The notes: generated by a model from the sequence alone, not told the origin. DNA of 64,000 nucleotides from Promethearchaeia archaeon (GCA_029856105.1 JAHQWH010000015.1:164543-228542); one strand, 5' to 3'; shown: positions 1 through 10,023, counted from the first letter of the stretch. A program made the numbers and translations.

Positions 1-1293
1 ACCTACTAAGGCATCAAACTGATGAGAAACATCTATTGGGTCATAGATTGTGAGCGCGTGAATAATTGCTATAATAAAACTCTGAAACACTACAGAAGTG
101 CGAATGAAAAAGTTTCTAATTCCAATTAAAGTAGTCTCGTGATGTTTTTTTAATTTCACAGCGATTTCATCGTAACAATCAGCCAAAACAGGTGATAACA
201 TAATCAAGAACAATGTTACTGATATTCCATTTAGGATGCTTGTTAAATAAAACTGAAACGCGTTCACAATAAAGAGGTTTAATAATAGACTTACTCCGTA
301 GGAAGCTAAACCTATTACATAAGTGTTCGAATGTCCTATTCTTTTAGCTAAACGAACCCATATAGGCATTGTTAGAAAAGAAGATAATAGCATTAAAATT
401 GAACCTAAGCTTCTTATGTGTTGTCCCTCTTGTAGAACATCATCAATAAAGTTGACTGTATTCATGCTCATAAGACCAAACGCAATCATGAATGTAAGAT
501 AAGAAAATACAGCCAACATGAAATTTTTTTGTTTTATAGCCATCTTCATAGTTTTAAAAAAGGAAATTCTTTCCGAGTTGTCATGCCCTACGATAAATCT
601 CTCTTTTATCACTTTAGATTCCTTGGATCCAGGTATAAACACCATGAGTGAGCACGAGAGTATAATAACGCTGATAAACGCAGCGATTGTGAACGATGTT
701 GGATTTCCGGGATCAATTACTAGTGACCAAATTGTAATTGCTAAGAAATTTGCTATAAAAGTAAAAATTTGAGTCAATATCCCTCCTTTTCTACGCGTTG
801 TATCTCCCCTAAAATGTGCAGCAAAGGCACCAAAAGAATGCGTTTGAAGAAGAGAATACGATAAATCGTATATGAATACGAATATAATATAATATATTAG
901 AATGGGCAATACGCTTTCAATCCCTGATACTTGAGGGGGGATAAATAGGAAGAAAAACAGGATAATTGTAGGAATCCCTCCGATAATGATCCATGGCGTA
1001 TGAAACCCTCGCTTTCTGGTCCATTTAAAGGGTTTATCTGTAAGATATCCTATAAATGGGTTAATTAACATACCTAATACTATGTATAGCGTATTTGCTA
1101 TTGCCATATATATTGGCCATAAAGGAACTATACTGATTAAACCAAGTTCTCCTTCGTAGAATGTCCAGACATAATTATTGAAAGCTATCATTAAAAAAGT
1201 ATTCAAAAAATATCCGGTTGAAAACATTACCATCTTTATCATACTAGGATCTTCAGGTTGAGTATGATTCACATTATTATTTGAGGTTTTCAT
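1..1293 (-). CDS. MFS transporter, GPH/MelB-like (runs off window edge, 3' partial)
   Basis: Not in ORF track. Minus-strand ATG at 1293: MKTSNNNV...FSTGYFLNTFLMIAFNNYVWTFYEGELG...INPFIGYLTDKPFKWTRKRGFHTPWIIIGGIP; NPxxGxxxD...R..PW signature and many TM segments. Confidence 0.85.
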   Translation of the reverse strand, partial: MKTSNNNVNHTQPEDPSMIKMVMFSTGYFLNTFLMIAFNNYVWTFYEGELGLISIVPLWPIYMAIANTLYIVLGMLINPFIGYLTDKPFKWTRKRGFHTPWIIIGGIPTIILFFFLFIPPQVSGIESVLPILIYYIIFVFIYDLSYSLLQTHSFGAFAAHFRGDTTRRKGGILTQIFTFIANFLAITIWSLVIDPGNPTSFTIAAFISVIILSCSLMVFIPGSKESKVIKERFIVGHDNSERISFFKTMKMAIKQKNFMLAVFSYLTFMIAFGLMSMNTVNFIDDVLQEGQHIRSLGSILMLLSSFLTMPIWVRLAKRIGHSNTYVIGLASYGVSLLLNLFIVNAFQFYLTSILNGISVTLFLIMLSPVLADCYDEIAVKLKKHHETTLIGIRNFFIRTSVVFQSFIIAIIHALTIYDPIDVSHQFDALVG

Positions 1294-1404
1294 CTTTTAT
1301 TTCAGAGTTTTTTCTTGATATTATTTTATTCGTTCTATTATTTATTAAAGGCTTCTCTCCCAAAAAGCAAAAAATAATGTATTGATTCAAATTTTAATTT
1401 ATTA

Positions 1405-1422
1405 GAAAAAATTTTATTAAAT
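1405..1422 (+). promoter_or_regulatory. BRE/TATA-like promoter of sucCD
   Basis: GAAAAAATTTTATTAAAT about 65 bp upstream of the GGAGG RBS at 1481. Confidence 0.4.
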
Positions 1423-1490
1423 ACTGAGCGATTTTTAATTAATCTTGTTCCATATGAGATTCTAGTAAATGTTATTTAAAGGAGGTTATT

Positions 1491-2618
1491 ATCGTAAGAT
1501 TACTCGAATACGAGAGTAAGGAAATTTTTAGCAAGTTTGATATTCCATTAGTTAAAAATGTGTTAATTCTAAGGGGTGAAGATATTGAAGAAAAAGTTAA
1601 AGGATTTTCATTTCCAGCAATTGTTAAATCACAAATCGCTATTGGAAGCAGAAAAAAAGCGGGGTTAATTAAAATTGCTAAATCCACAAATGAGGCAATT
1701 TCACTGTGTGATGAGTATTTTAATAGAAATATAGCTGGGTTTCAGGTTGAAGCAATTCTTATTGAAGAACTCGTAACAATAGAACATGAATATTATTGCT
1801 CAATCGCTTTAGACGCTTCAGGAAGACAATTTTACCTTATCGTAAGTAAAGAGGGAGGGATAGACATCGAAGATGTTTCCAAGGAACGCCCAGAAGCAAT
1901 AATCAAACTTAATTTTTCGTATTCAACAGGATTAACTGAGAATATTGCTAGAGCCGCAGCCACTCGACTCGGTTTGTTGGGCACTTCATTACAATTAGGT
2001 ATTAATATTGTTCTGAAATTATGGGAGATCGCAAAAAAATTAGAAGCTCAACTTGTAGAAATAAATCCTCTGGTAATGACTCCTTCTGGATTAATTGCAG
2101 TAGATGGAAAAATGATTCTAGATGATGATGCGGAGTTTCGTCAGCCAATCATTCAAAACTTACAAGAGAGGAAGTTAAGTGACCTAGAGAAGCTTGCGAA
2201 AAAAGCAGGTTTTTCGTTTGTTGAGCTATCCGGAGAGATTGGTATCTTAGCAAATGGAGCAGGACTCACGATGGCTTTGTTAGATGTTTTATCTGAGTTA
2301 GGTTTACAACCAGCTAATTTTTTGGATGTTGGGGGCGGAGCTAGTAAGGAAAGAGTATATAAAGCGCTGGATTTGATTTTTAAATTGCAGCCGAAAGCTG
2401 TTTTGGTAAATATTTTTGGAGGTATCACTCGATGTGACATAGTTGCTCAGGCGATAATTCAAGCTCTCAAAGATTTTTCAGATGCTCCACCAATGGTTAT
2501 TAGACTAACAGGGACTAACGAAAAAGAAGGAGTTGCCTTGCTTAAAGAAGCAAACATAGATGTGATTCAAGATATTATGGGAGCAGTTAAAAAAGTAAAG
2601 GAAGTGCTGAGTGAATAG
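1491..2618 (+). CDS. sucC: succinyl-CoA synthetase (ADP-forming) beta subunit; true start upstream of ORF-track GTG (1560), at a non-canonical codon
   Basis: ATP-grasp (KSQIAIGSRKKAG, EINPL), ANGAGLTMA, ANFLDVGGGA, NIFGGITRCD; in-frame upstream extension reads (I)VRLLEYESKEIFSKFDIP, the conserved SucC N-terminus, behind GGAGG. Confidence 0.9.
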   Translation: MVRLLEYESKEIFSKFDIPLVKNVLILRGEDIEEKVKGFSFPAIVKSQIAIGSRKKAGLIKIAKSTNEAISLCDEYFNRNIAGFQVEAILIEELVTIEHEYYCSIALDASGRQFYLIVSKEGGIDIEDVSKERPEAIIKLNFSYSTGLTENIARAAATRLGLLGTSLQLGINIVLKLWEIAKKLEAQLVEINPLVMTPSGLIAVDGKMILDDDAEFRQPIIQNLQERKLSDLEKLAKKAGFSFVELSGEIGILANGAGLTMALLDVLSELGLQPANFLDVGGGASKERVYKALDLIFKLQPKAVLVNIFGGITRCDIVAQAIIQALKDFSDAPPMVIRLTGTNEKEGVALLKEANIDVIQDIMGAVKKVKEVLSE

Positions 2619-3480
2619 CATGTATATTAATGAGAACTCAAAAGTAATCGTTCAAGGCATGACGGGAAAACAAGGGATGTTTCACACTCAAATTATGCTT
2701 AATTATGGTACTAAAATTGTTGCTGGAGTTACACCTGGAAAGGGAGGTCAACAAGTACATGATATTCCAGTTTTTAACAAGATGAAAGAAGCAATTCAAG
2801 AAACAGGCGCAGACACGAGCATTATTTTTGTTCCTGCACGATTCATTTTAAGCGCAGCTATGGAAAGTTTAAATGCTGGAATCAACATGACATGCATTAT
2901 AACCGAGAATGTGCCTGTTTTTGATATGATTCAACTTGTAGAGAAAGCTAAAGAAAAAGGATTATTTTTAATTGGTCCGAATTGCCCTGGAATGCTAATC
3001 CCCGATAAAATCAAATTGGGGATAATGCCAAACAACATGTGTCATTACGGTGATGTCGCAGTAATCTCTAAAAGTGGAACATTATCTTACGAAATAACAA
3101 AAGCTATTGGGAATAGTGATATCGGAGTTTCTGCATACATAGGTATAGGTGGAGATCCTGTGAGAGGAACTACTATGCAAGAAGCTGTAGCTTATTATTC
3201 AGAAGATCCAAAGACTAAAATAATCGTCCTTATAGGAGAAATTGGAAGCGACGAGGAGGAAAAAACTGCAGAGCTTATTAAGTACAATGTTTCTAAACCA
3301 GTTATAGCCTATATTGCTGGAAAAAGCGCTCCAGAAGGGAAAAGAATGGGCCATGCTGGTGCCATAATTTCTGGGGATATTGGAACTGCAAAAGGGAAAA
3401 TTAAAGCTTTGAAAGACTCAGGAGTTTTAATTGCTAATACTCCTTGGGAGGTTCCTCAAGTGATTAAAGAAATATTATAA
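2611..3480 (+). CDS. sucD: succinyl-CoA synthetase alpha subunit
   Basis: VQGMTGKQG, GVTPGKGG, IGPNCPG, SKSGTLSYE, GIGGD, phospho-His motif RMGHAGA; overlaps sucC stop. Confidence 0.93.
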   Translation: MNSMYINENSKVIVQGMTGKQGMFHTQIMLNYGTKIVAGVTPGKGGQQVHDIPVFNKMKEAIQETGADTSIIFVPARFILSAAMESLNAGINMTCIITENVPVFDMIQLVEKAKEKGLFLIGPNCPGMLIPDKIKLGIMPNNMCHYGDVAVISKSGTLSYEITKAIGNSDIGVSAYIGIGGDPVRGTTMQEAVAYYSEDPKTKIIVLIGEIGSDEEEKTAELIKYNVSKPVIAYIAGKSAPEGKRMGHAGAIISGDIGTAKGKIKALKDSGVLIANTPWEVPQVIKEIL

Positions 3481-3632
3481 ATTAAAGTGAATTTAAATTA
3501 ATTGCTTATTATCTATAAAGTGCCCAGCTGAGCTCAAAATAAAATCCCTATTAATTCGGATCATGCTAACCCTTAAAAAATTTGATGAAACTACTACACA
3601 AAAGGGAAAAGAATCCCATATAAATCATGTAG

Positions 3633-3649
3633 GTAAAACTTTTATTAAA
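3633..3649 (+). promoter_or_regulatory. BRE/TATA-like promoter of aclBA
   Basis: GTAAAACTTTTATTAAA upstream of aclB. Confidence 0.4.
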
Positions 3650-3716
3650 GTTGAGTTTACACTAATTATAAATATTTGACATAATAATAAAAATAAAATA
3701 TAGGAAAGAGAGAAAA

Positions 3717-5012
3717 TTGGCTCAAAAAAATATTTATGAGTATGATGCTAAGAAGATTTTAGCTAATGAACTGCCAAAGTATTACCCCGAATTCAAATAC
3801 CATAACAAATTAGTGATTATTGACTGCGAGACTGACTTAGAGAAAGCAATTTCAGATAATCCTTGGATAAATACAGAAAAAGTTGTAGTTAAACCTGACC
3901 AACTTTTTGGAAAAAGAGGGAAGGCAAATCTACTTTTGCTAGATGCAAATTGTGATGAAATGAAAGATTTCTGTTATACCAATTTGGATAAAGTCTACGA
4001 GATTGGGAATGTAAGAGGTGCATTGAAGCGTTTACTTGTCGAACCTTTCATTCCTCACGAAAAAGAATATTATGTTTCTATCACAACCGAAAGAGAGGGT
4101 GATGTGATCCATTTCAGTTTCGAGGGGGGCATTTATGTGGAAGAGAATTGGAATAAGGTCATTCACATACCAATACCTATTGGAACTGATATTAAAACCT
4201 TTGATTTAGAGAATAAATTGCCAGATTTAGGAGACTCTAAAGGTGTTTTAATGCCTTTTATTAAGGGGCTTTATCAAGTGTTTGTCGATCAGGATTTTAC
4301 TTTTCTTGAAATCAATCCATTCGCAATCGCTCAAGACAACAAAGTTGTTCCATTAGATGTTAAAGCTAGATTAGATGATACCGCTATGTTTCTTCACGCG
4401 GATACATGGGGGAATCCAATCAAACCGATTGAATTTCCTACTGCTTTCGGGCAAGTTATGTCTGAAAAAGAAGCGTATATACGGGAATTAGATGAAAAGA
4501 CAGGGGCTTCCCTCAAATTAAAAGTTCTGAATCCAGTTGGTCGAGTTTGGACTATGGTAGCTGGAGGAGGGGCTTCAGTTATCTATACTGATACGATCGT
4601 GGACTTGGGATATGGAGAAGAATTGGGGAATTATGGAGAATATTCTGGGAATCCATCACGAGAATATACTGAAATTTACGCTCAAACCATTATAGATCTC
4701 ATTACAGAAACTCCTGACATCGCAGGGAGATCAAAGTATCTCATAATTGGTGGAGGAATTGCTAATTTTACTGATATAAAAGCTACCTTTACTGGAATTG
4801 TTAGTGCTATTAAGAATTCAGTTGAAAAATTGAAAAAAGCCAAAGTTAAAATTTACGTACGAAGAGGTGGACCTAACGAAAAACAAGGACTTGAACTTAT
4901 GAAGCAGGTTGGAGAGGAGACTGGCATTCCGATTGAAGTATATGATAGATACACTCATATGACTAGAGTTGTCGATTTAATAAAACAAGCAGAAGAAGCA
5001 GGAGGGGCTTAA
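3717..5012 (+). CDS. aclB: ATP-citrate lyase, ATP-grasp/citrate-binding subunit (homologous to N-terminal part of eukaryotic ACLY)
   Basis: VVKPDQLFGKRGK, LEINPF, LDEKTGASLKLKVLNP, WTMVAGGGASVIY, NYGEYSGNP, GGGIANFT, VRRGGPN; TTG start. Confidence 0.93.
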   Translation: MAQKNIYEYDAKKILANELPKYYPEFKYHNKLVIIDCETDLEKAISDNPWINTEKVVVKPDQLFGKRGKANLLLLDANCDEMKDFCYTNLDKVYEIGNVRGALKRLLVEPFIPHEKEYYVSITTEREGDVIHFSFEGGIYVEENWNKVIHIPIPIGTDIKTFDLENKLPDLGDSKGVLMPFIKGLYQVFVDQDFTFLEINPFAIAQDNKVVPLDVKARLDDTAMFLHADTWGNPIKPIEFPTAFGQVMSEKEAYIRELDEKTGASLKLKVLNPVGRVWTMVAGGGASVIYTDTIVDLGYGEELGNYGEYSGNPSREYTEIYAQTIIDLITETPDIAGRSKYLIIGGGIANFTDIKATFTGIVSAIKNSVEKLKKAKVKIYVRRGGPNEKQGLELMKQVGEETGIPIEVYDRYTHMTRVVDLIKQAEEAGGA

Positions 5013-5013
5013 A

Positions 5014-6849
5014 ATGGAAGATTATGAACTTTTTAATAGGAATACTCAAGCAATAATCTACGGATTTCAGAGAAATCCTATCCAAAGAATGCTTGATTTT
5101 GATTTTGTGAGTAAAAGAGAAAAACAATCAGTAGCAGCAATTATAAGACCTACTCAGACGGCTGCAATTAGTTATCACAAGGTTTTTTACGGGAATAAAG
5201 AAATAGTTATACCTATTTATAAAACATTAGATTTAGCAATGAAAAAACACCCTAACGCTGATGTGATGATAAATTTTGCATCCTTTAGATCCTCGTATGA
5301 AACTAGTAAAGAAGCTCTTGAATCTGATACAATTCGCACAGTAGTTATCATAGCTGAAGGCATTCCTGAAAGACAGAGTCGAGAATTAATAAAGATCGCA
5401 GAAGAGAGGAAGAAGAATATTATTGGTCCAGCTACCGTAGGAGGAATTGTTGCGGGGGCTTTTAAAATTGGAAATACAGCAGGAACTTTAGAAAATATTA
5501 AACTTTCCAAATTATATCGACCAGGCTCAGTTGGCTTCGTCTCAAAATCAGGCGGCTTAAGCAACGAAATGAATTTTATGATAAGTCAAACAACCGATGG
5601 AGTATTTGAGGGCATTGCAATTGGCGGCGATAGATATCCTGGTTCAAGCTTAATTGATCATCTCATGCGATACGAAGCAAACCCTAAAATTAAAATGTTA
5701 GTAACTTTAGGTGAGATTGGTGGTACTGACGAATATGCGATAGTAGACGCATTGAAAAACGGAAAGATAACAAAACCTATCGTTGTGTGGGTAACAGGTA
5801 CAGCGGCAAAACTGCTGCCTAAGGGATTGCAGTTTGGTCACGCGGGAGCTATGGCAGATAGCGCAAGAGAAACTGCTGACGCTAAAAACCGTGCATTAAG
5901 AGAGGCTGGCGCTATCGTTCCAGATTCATACGAAGATTTTGACAAAGAAATTAGAAAAACATTTGAAAATTTAAAAAAGGAAGGTAAAATTGACCCCGTT
6001 GAAGAATTCGTACCTCCAGAAGTTCCACTGGACTATAATACTGCGATTCGTATAGGAAAAGTAAGAAGACCGACCGATGTAGTAGTGACTATTTCAGATG
6101 ATAGAGGTGATGTGCCAACTTTTGCTGGTGTTGGATTAGATAAAATAATCAGAGAAAACAAATCAATTGGGTATGTGATTGGACTTTTATGGTTTAAACG
6201 AGAGTTACCAGAGTTTGCTCAACAATTTATCGAGATGGTAATTAAATTGACAGCCGACCACGGTCCCGCGGTTTCAGGAGCTCACAATGCTATTATAACA
6301 GCTCGCGCAGGTAAAGATTTAATGGCGTCGCTTGCTTCAGGAATTCTCACGATCGGCCCGAGATTTGGTGGAGCAATTTCAAACGCAGCTAAATACTTCA
6401 GGGAAGCTTTGCAAAAAGAAATGACCCCCTTAGAATTTATGGGTTATATGAAAGATGTCGTGAAAATTAACATCCCTGGAATTGGCCATAGAATAAAATC
6501 AGTTCAAAATCCTGATGTACGAGTTCAATTATTGAAAGAATTTGTCTTGAAAAACTTTGAAAAACATCCACACATTGATTACGCTCTAGAAGTCGAGAAA
6601 CTTACCACATCCAAAAGAAATAATTTAATATTGAATGTAGACGGATGTATCGGTATAACCTTCCTGGATTTGCTAGAAAACTTAGATTTCACTAAAGAAG
6701 AAATTGAAGATGTAATATTCAGCGAAGCTCTAAATGGATTATTCGTACTTGGGCGCTCAATTGGAATGATGGGACATGTATTTGATCAGAAACGCCAACG
6801 CGCAGGCCTCTATAGACAACCTTGGGACGAAATTCTATTTGCAGATTAA
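5014..6849 (+). CDS. aclA: ATP-citrate lyase, CoA-binding plus citryl-CoA lyase subunit
   Basis: QRMLDFDF, INFASFRS, IIAEGIPE, GPATVGG, SKSGGLSNE, QFGHAGA (phospho-His), ADHGPAVSGAHN, GIGHRIKS, LILNVDG. Confidence 0.94.
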   Translation: MEDYELFNRNTQAIIYGFQRNPIQRMLDFDFVSKREKQSVAAIIRPTQTAAISYHKVFYGNKEIVIPIYKTLDLAMKKHPNADVMINFASFRSSYETSKEALESDTIRTVVIIAEGIPERQSRELIKIAEERKKNIIGPATVGGIVAGAFKIGNTAGTLENIKLSKLYRPGSVGFVSKSGGLSNEMNFMISQTTDGVFEGIAIGGDRYPGSSLIDHLMRYEANPKIKMLVTLGEIGGTDEYAIVDALKNGKITKPIVVWVTGTAAKLLPKGLQFGHAGAMADSARETADAKNRALREAGAIVPDSYEDFDKEIRKTFENLKKEGKIDPVEEFVPPEVPLDYNTAIRIGKVRRPTDVVVTISDDRGDVPTFAGVGLDKIIRENKSIGYVIGLLWFKRELPEFAQQFIEMVIKLTADHGPAVSGAHNAIITARAGKDLMASLASGILTIGPRFGGAISNAAKYFREALQKEMTPLEFMGYMKDVVKINIPGIGHRIKSVQNPDVRVQLLKEFVLKNFEKHPHIDYALEVEKLTTSKRNNLILNVDGCIGITFLDLLENLDFTKEEIEDVIFSEALNGLFVLGRSIGMMGHVFDQKRQRAGLYRQPWDEILFAD

Positions 6850-6857
6850 AATTTATA

Positions 6858-6867
6858 TTTTTTTTTA
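6858..6867 (+). terminator. oligo-T terminator after aclA
   Basis: T-run just after the stop codon. Confidence 0.45.
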
Positions 6868-7000
6868 TAAATAATAATTCACAATTAAAAATCGGAAAGA
6901 AACATTTGATTAACTTATAATTAATCAATAAATTGTAATATCAAGAGTATTAAAAAAAATCATAGAAAAGTAAAAAGTAAAAGAAATAGGGAAAACAAAA

Positions 7001-8194
7001 ATGGATAATATTATTGAAAATGCGAAAATCCACTTTGGGAAACTTATCAAAGAGCAGTTAGAAAGAGTAGAACGAATGAAAAAAGCCGGAGATTGGGTTG
7101 ATTACACATCGATAAAACCAATTATCATCGGACTCGTTGGGGGCGATGGTATCGGACCATTTATTACAAAACACGCGCAAGCCGTACTGGAATTCTTGTT
7201 AAAAGAAGAGAGAGAGAATGGGAGCGTTGAGCTTCGAGTAATTGACGGACTAACAATTGAAAACAGAGCAAAAGTAATGAAAGCGATCCCTGACGACGTG
7301 TTAGTAGAAATAAAAAAGTGTCATGTGTTATTAAAGGGGCCCACTACAACACCAAGAAAAGGGGATAAATGGCCAAACATCGAAAGTGCTAATGTAACCA
7401 TGCGTCGTGAGTTGGATCTATTTGCAAACGTTCGTCCAGTTAAAGTACCTGAAAAAAATATCGATTGGATGTTTTTCAGAGAAAATACTGAGGGAGCTTA
7501 TGTATTAGGTTCTAAAGGTATAAGTATCTCAGATGATTTAGCCTTTGATTTTAAGGTTATTACAACGCAAGGAGCAGATAGGATTATCAGACTAGCCTTT
7601 GATTACGCTAAAAAGAACAATATTAACAAAGTTACAGTAGTTACTAAAGCAAACGTTGTAAAAGCTACTGATGGGAAATTTCTTGCTATAGCAGAGGAAG
7701 TGGCAAAAGATTATCCCGAAGTAGAATGGGACGATTGGTATATCGACATTATGACGGCTAAGCTAGTAGATCCAGCAAGACAAAGCCAATTTAGAGTATT
7801 TGTTGCTCCGAACCTTTATGGGGATATCATTACTGACGAAGCCGCTCAGATTCAAGGAGGCGTTGGAACTGCGGGCTCTGCGAACATTGGAAAACAATAT
7901 TCTATGTTTGAAGCGATTCACGGTTCAGCCCCCCGTATGGTAGAAGATGGTAGGGCACAATACGCTGATCCTTCAAGTATTATCAAAGCAGCGGCTTTAC
8001 TTATGAACCATATAGGATTTGTTGAAAAAGCGAAAAAGCTCGAAATGGCACTTGAGATATGTGCAACGCTAGAAAAGAAAATAACAATTACTGGCCGAAA
8101 CGACGGAGCTACTGGCGAAGAGTTCGCAAAGTATATCATGGATACACTTACAGATCCACAATTAGAAGAACATTTTAAAGAATATAGTAAATAA
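7001..8194 (+). CDS. icd: isocitrate dehydrogenase (isocitrate/isopropylmalate dehydrogenase family)
   Basis: GDGIGP, LKGPTTTP, ESANVTMRRELDLFANVRP (SxNxxxR, isocitrate-type), RENTEG, PNLYGDIITD, FEAIHGSAP; context next to acl. Confidence 0.8.
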   Translation: MDNIIENAKIHFGKLIKEQLERVERMKKAGDWVDYTSIKPIIIGLVGGDGIGPFITKHAQAVLEFLLKEERENGSVELRVIDGLTIENRAKVMKAIPDDVLVEIKKCHVLLKGPTTTPRKGDKWPNIESANVTMRRELDLFANVRPVKVPEKNIDWMFFRENTEGAYVLGSKGISISDDLAFDFKVITTQGADRIIRLAFDYAKKNNINKVTVVTKANVVKATDGKFLAIAEEVAKDYPEVEWDDWYIDIMTAKLVDPARQSQFRVFVAPNLYGDIITDEAAQIQGGVGTAGSANIGKQYSMFEAIHGSAPRMVEDGRAQYADPSSIIKAAALLMNHIGFVEKAKKLEMALEICATLEKKITITGRNDGATGEEFAKYIMDTLTDPQLEEHFKEYSK

Positions 8195-8252
8195 TATGAA
8201 TTACTAAAAATATAACGATAACATTCAATTGAGTAAATTTTAACTTTTAATC

Positions 8253-8271
8253 TTTTTATTTTTTTTTTTTT
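8253..8271 (+). terminator. long oligo-T terminator after icd
   Basis: TTTTTA followed by a 13-T run. Confidence 0.5.
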
Positions 8272-8272
8272 A

Positions 8273-8762
8273 AAAAGTCCGATCCTTCCACCTGACCTTA
8301 TTATAGAGAAATGTGATTCGCGTGATCACTCCTTTAGCAAGGAAATCAATAATCACATTATGAAAATCCTAGAGACGTTTGGAATAGATAATCTTGGAAG
8401 TATTGTCGAATATGATTATGATCCATACACCGCATGGTGGGCCAGTCGCATTATCATAACTGGTGGTGCATCGAACATCCTTGGTTTGAGGTCCTTGCTC
8501 ATTAGAGAGCTAGCTAAAAAGACTTACTGGTTGTGAAAAAGCACCCTCATGTCCTTTAGTGGATGTAAGTTTCAGAGACATCGCCTTTACAATACGTAAT
8601 GTCCCTCTCGAAGATACACCTGGAACATGGTTGGGAGCATCGATAGAATCCAGCCTTAAAACATTCAAAGAGTGTTTTGTATCAAAAGAGATGTATTCAA
8701 ATAATACGGATATAATTTTCACATTACACCATGAAAAAATGTGGACATCTATACTCAAATAA
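8273..8762 (+). pseudogene. 5'-truncated, frameshifted actin-related protein fragment (C-terminal third of actin fold)
   Basis: First frame: ILPPDLI...INNHIMKILE...SRIIITGGASNILGLRSLLIRELAK; +1 shift at the A5 run 8516-8520; second frame RLTG...TWLGASIESSLKTFKECFVSKEMY. Matches actin NxVLSGGTTMxPGIxDRxxKE and [24 protein letters not shown]. Confidence 0.7.
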
Positions 8763-8770
8763 GAAGGATT

Positions 8771-9760
8771 TTATTCGATGTATATATCTCTATTTTTTAA
8801 ATTCTCTAAAACATAATTTTCTTTATCATTGAGAATGGGATTATTTTTTAAATCTAAATCCTCAAGTAATTCAAGTTTAAGCAAAGATTCAGGTAAATTG
8901 GAGATTTTATTATTAAATAGATATAATCGAATTAGAGATTTAAGGTTGCCGATTGATTCAGGTAAAGTAGTTAACTCATTTTCCATCAAATCTAAAATTT
9001 CAAGATATGCAAAATTTCCTATGGATTTTGGAAGGATCGTCAATTTATTCTTTTTTAAACCCAAATATGTTAATTGGGAAAGATCTCCTATAGAATCTGG
9101 AATATTAGTTAATTGATTACCCGATAAATCTAAAAAATTAAGAACCTTGAGTTTATTTATTGATTCTGGAATTTCTGTCAAATTACTATCTACGAAACTT
9201 AATCCAACTAGATTTTTAATCGCCAATAAAGATTCAGGAAAAGCGGATAAATTGCTATTACTGAAATCTAAATGAAATTCTGACAAATTTTTCATTGATT
9301 CTGGAAAACATTCAAATTCTGTGTCAAAAAGCGCTAAAAATTCAAGAGAACTTAAGGATCCTATTGATTCTGGAAGATTTTTTAGTGGGTTTCCATCAAG
9401 CAGTAATGAATCAAGATTTTTAAGCTTTCCTATAGAATTTGGAAGTGAAGTTATTTGGTTCTCTCTCAATTCGATTAATTCTAAAGATTTTAAGTTATCT
9501 AAACAATTTGGTAGATGAGTAAGTTGATTATGTGCTAAATACAAAAATTTTAGCGATTTAAGTTCACAAATAGAATCGGGAAGGGACTCCAACCGATTAT
9601 AAGATAAATCAAGATATTCTAAATTATCAGAATCTTCTAAACACTTGAGATCTTCTAAATTTGTTAACCCAATATTTCCTAATTGATAGCCTATATAGCC
9701 ATCATGATCCTCCTTTAGGAAATACTTCTCTCCATTAACTTCAATAAAATTTCCTGTCAT
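8771..9760 (-). CDS. leucine-rich repeat protein
   Basis: About 10 23-aa LxxLxLxxNxLxxLPxSIGxL repeats. Confidence 0.92.
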   Translation of the reverse strand: MTGNFIEVNGEKYFLKEDHDGYIGYQLGNIGLTNLEDLKCLEDSDNLEYLDLSYNRLESLPDSICELKSLKFLYLAHNQLTHLPNCLDNLKSLELIELRENQITSLPNSIGKLKNLDSLLLDGNPLKNLPESIGSLSSLEFLALFDTEFECFPESMKNLSEFHLDFSNSNLSAFPESLLAIKNLVGLSFVDSNLTEIPESINKLKVLNFLDLSGNQLTNIPDSIGDLSQLTYLGLKKNKLTILPKSIGNFAYLEILDLMENELTTLPESIGNLKSLIRLYLFNNKISNLPESLLKLELLEDLDLKNNPILNDKENYVLENLKNRDIYIE

Positions 9761-9859
9761 ATAGCTCTCAATTAATTATTATTTGAAAAAAAAATTGAAT
9801 TTTTTGATTCCATTCAAATCTAATGAATACTATAATTGTTGAATACTTAATAAAAATGC

Positions 9860-9875
9860 TTGTCATTCCCGTAAT
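9860..9875 (+). repeat. 16-bp direct repeat, copy 1 (TTGTCATTCCCGTAAT)
   Basis: Exact copy at 12811-12826. Confidence 0.6.
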
Positions 9876-10023
9876 TTCTATTATTTTTTAATTTAAGATT
9901 TTATAATTTCGATGATAAAATACAATTAGAAATCCCAAATTAATTATTAAAAGAATGTAAAAAACATTATTAGAGTGATTTGTATATATGAAGAAAAAGA
10001 AAGTAAAAATTGTTTTGTTCTTA

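Noticed and set aside
518-772. 84-aa plus-strand ORF
   Set aside because: Antisense shadow of the MFS transporter at 1-1293
1472-7918. Short minus-strand ORFs over sucC, aclA and icd, and similar ones over most later genes
   Set aside because: Antisense shadows of well-supported genes, with no motifs
8534-8536. TGA readthrough in the actin-like fragment
   Set aside because: Homology continues in a different frame, so a frameshift explains it
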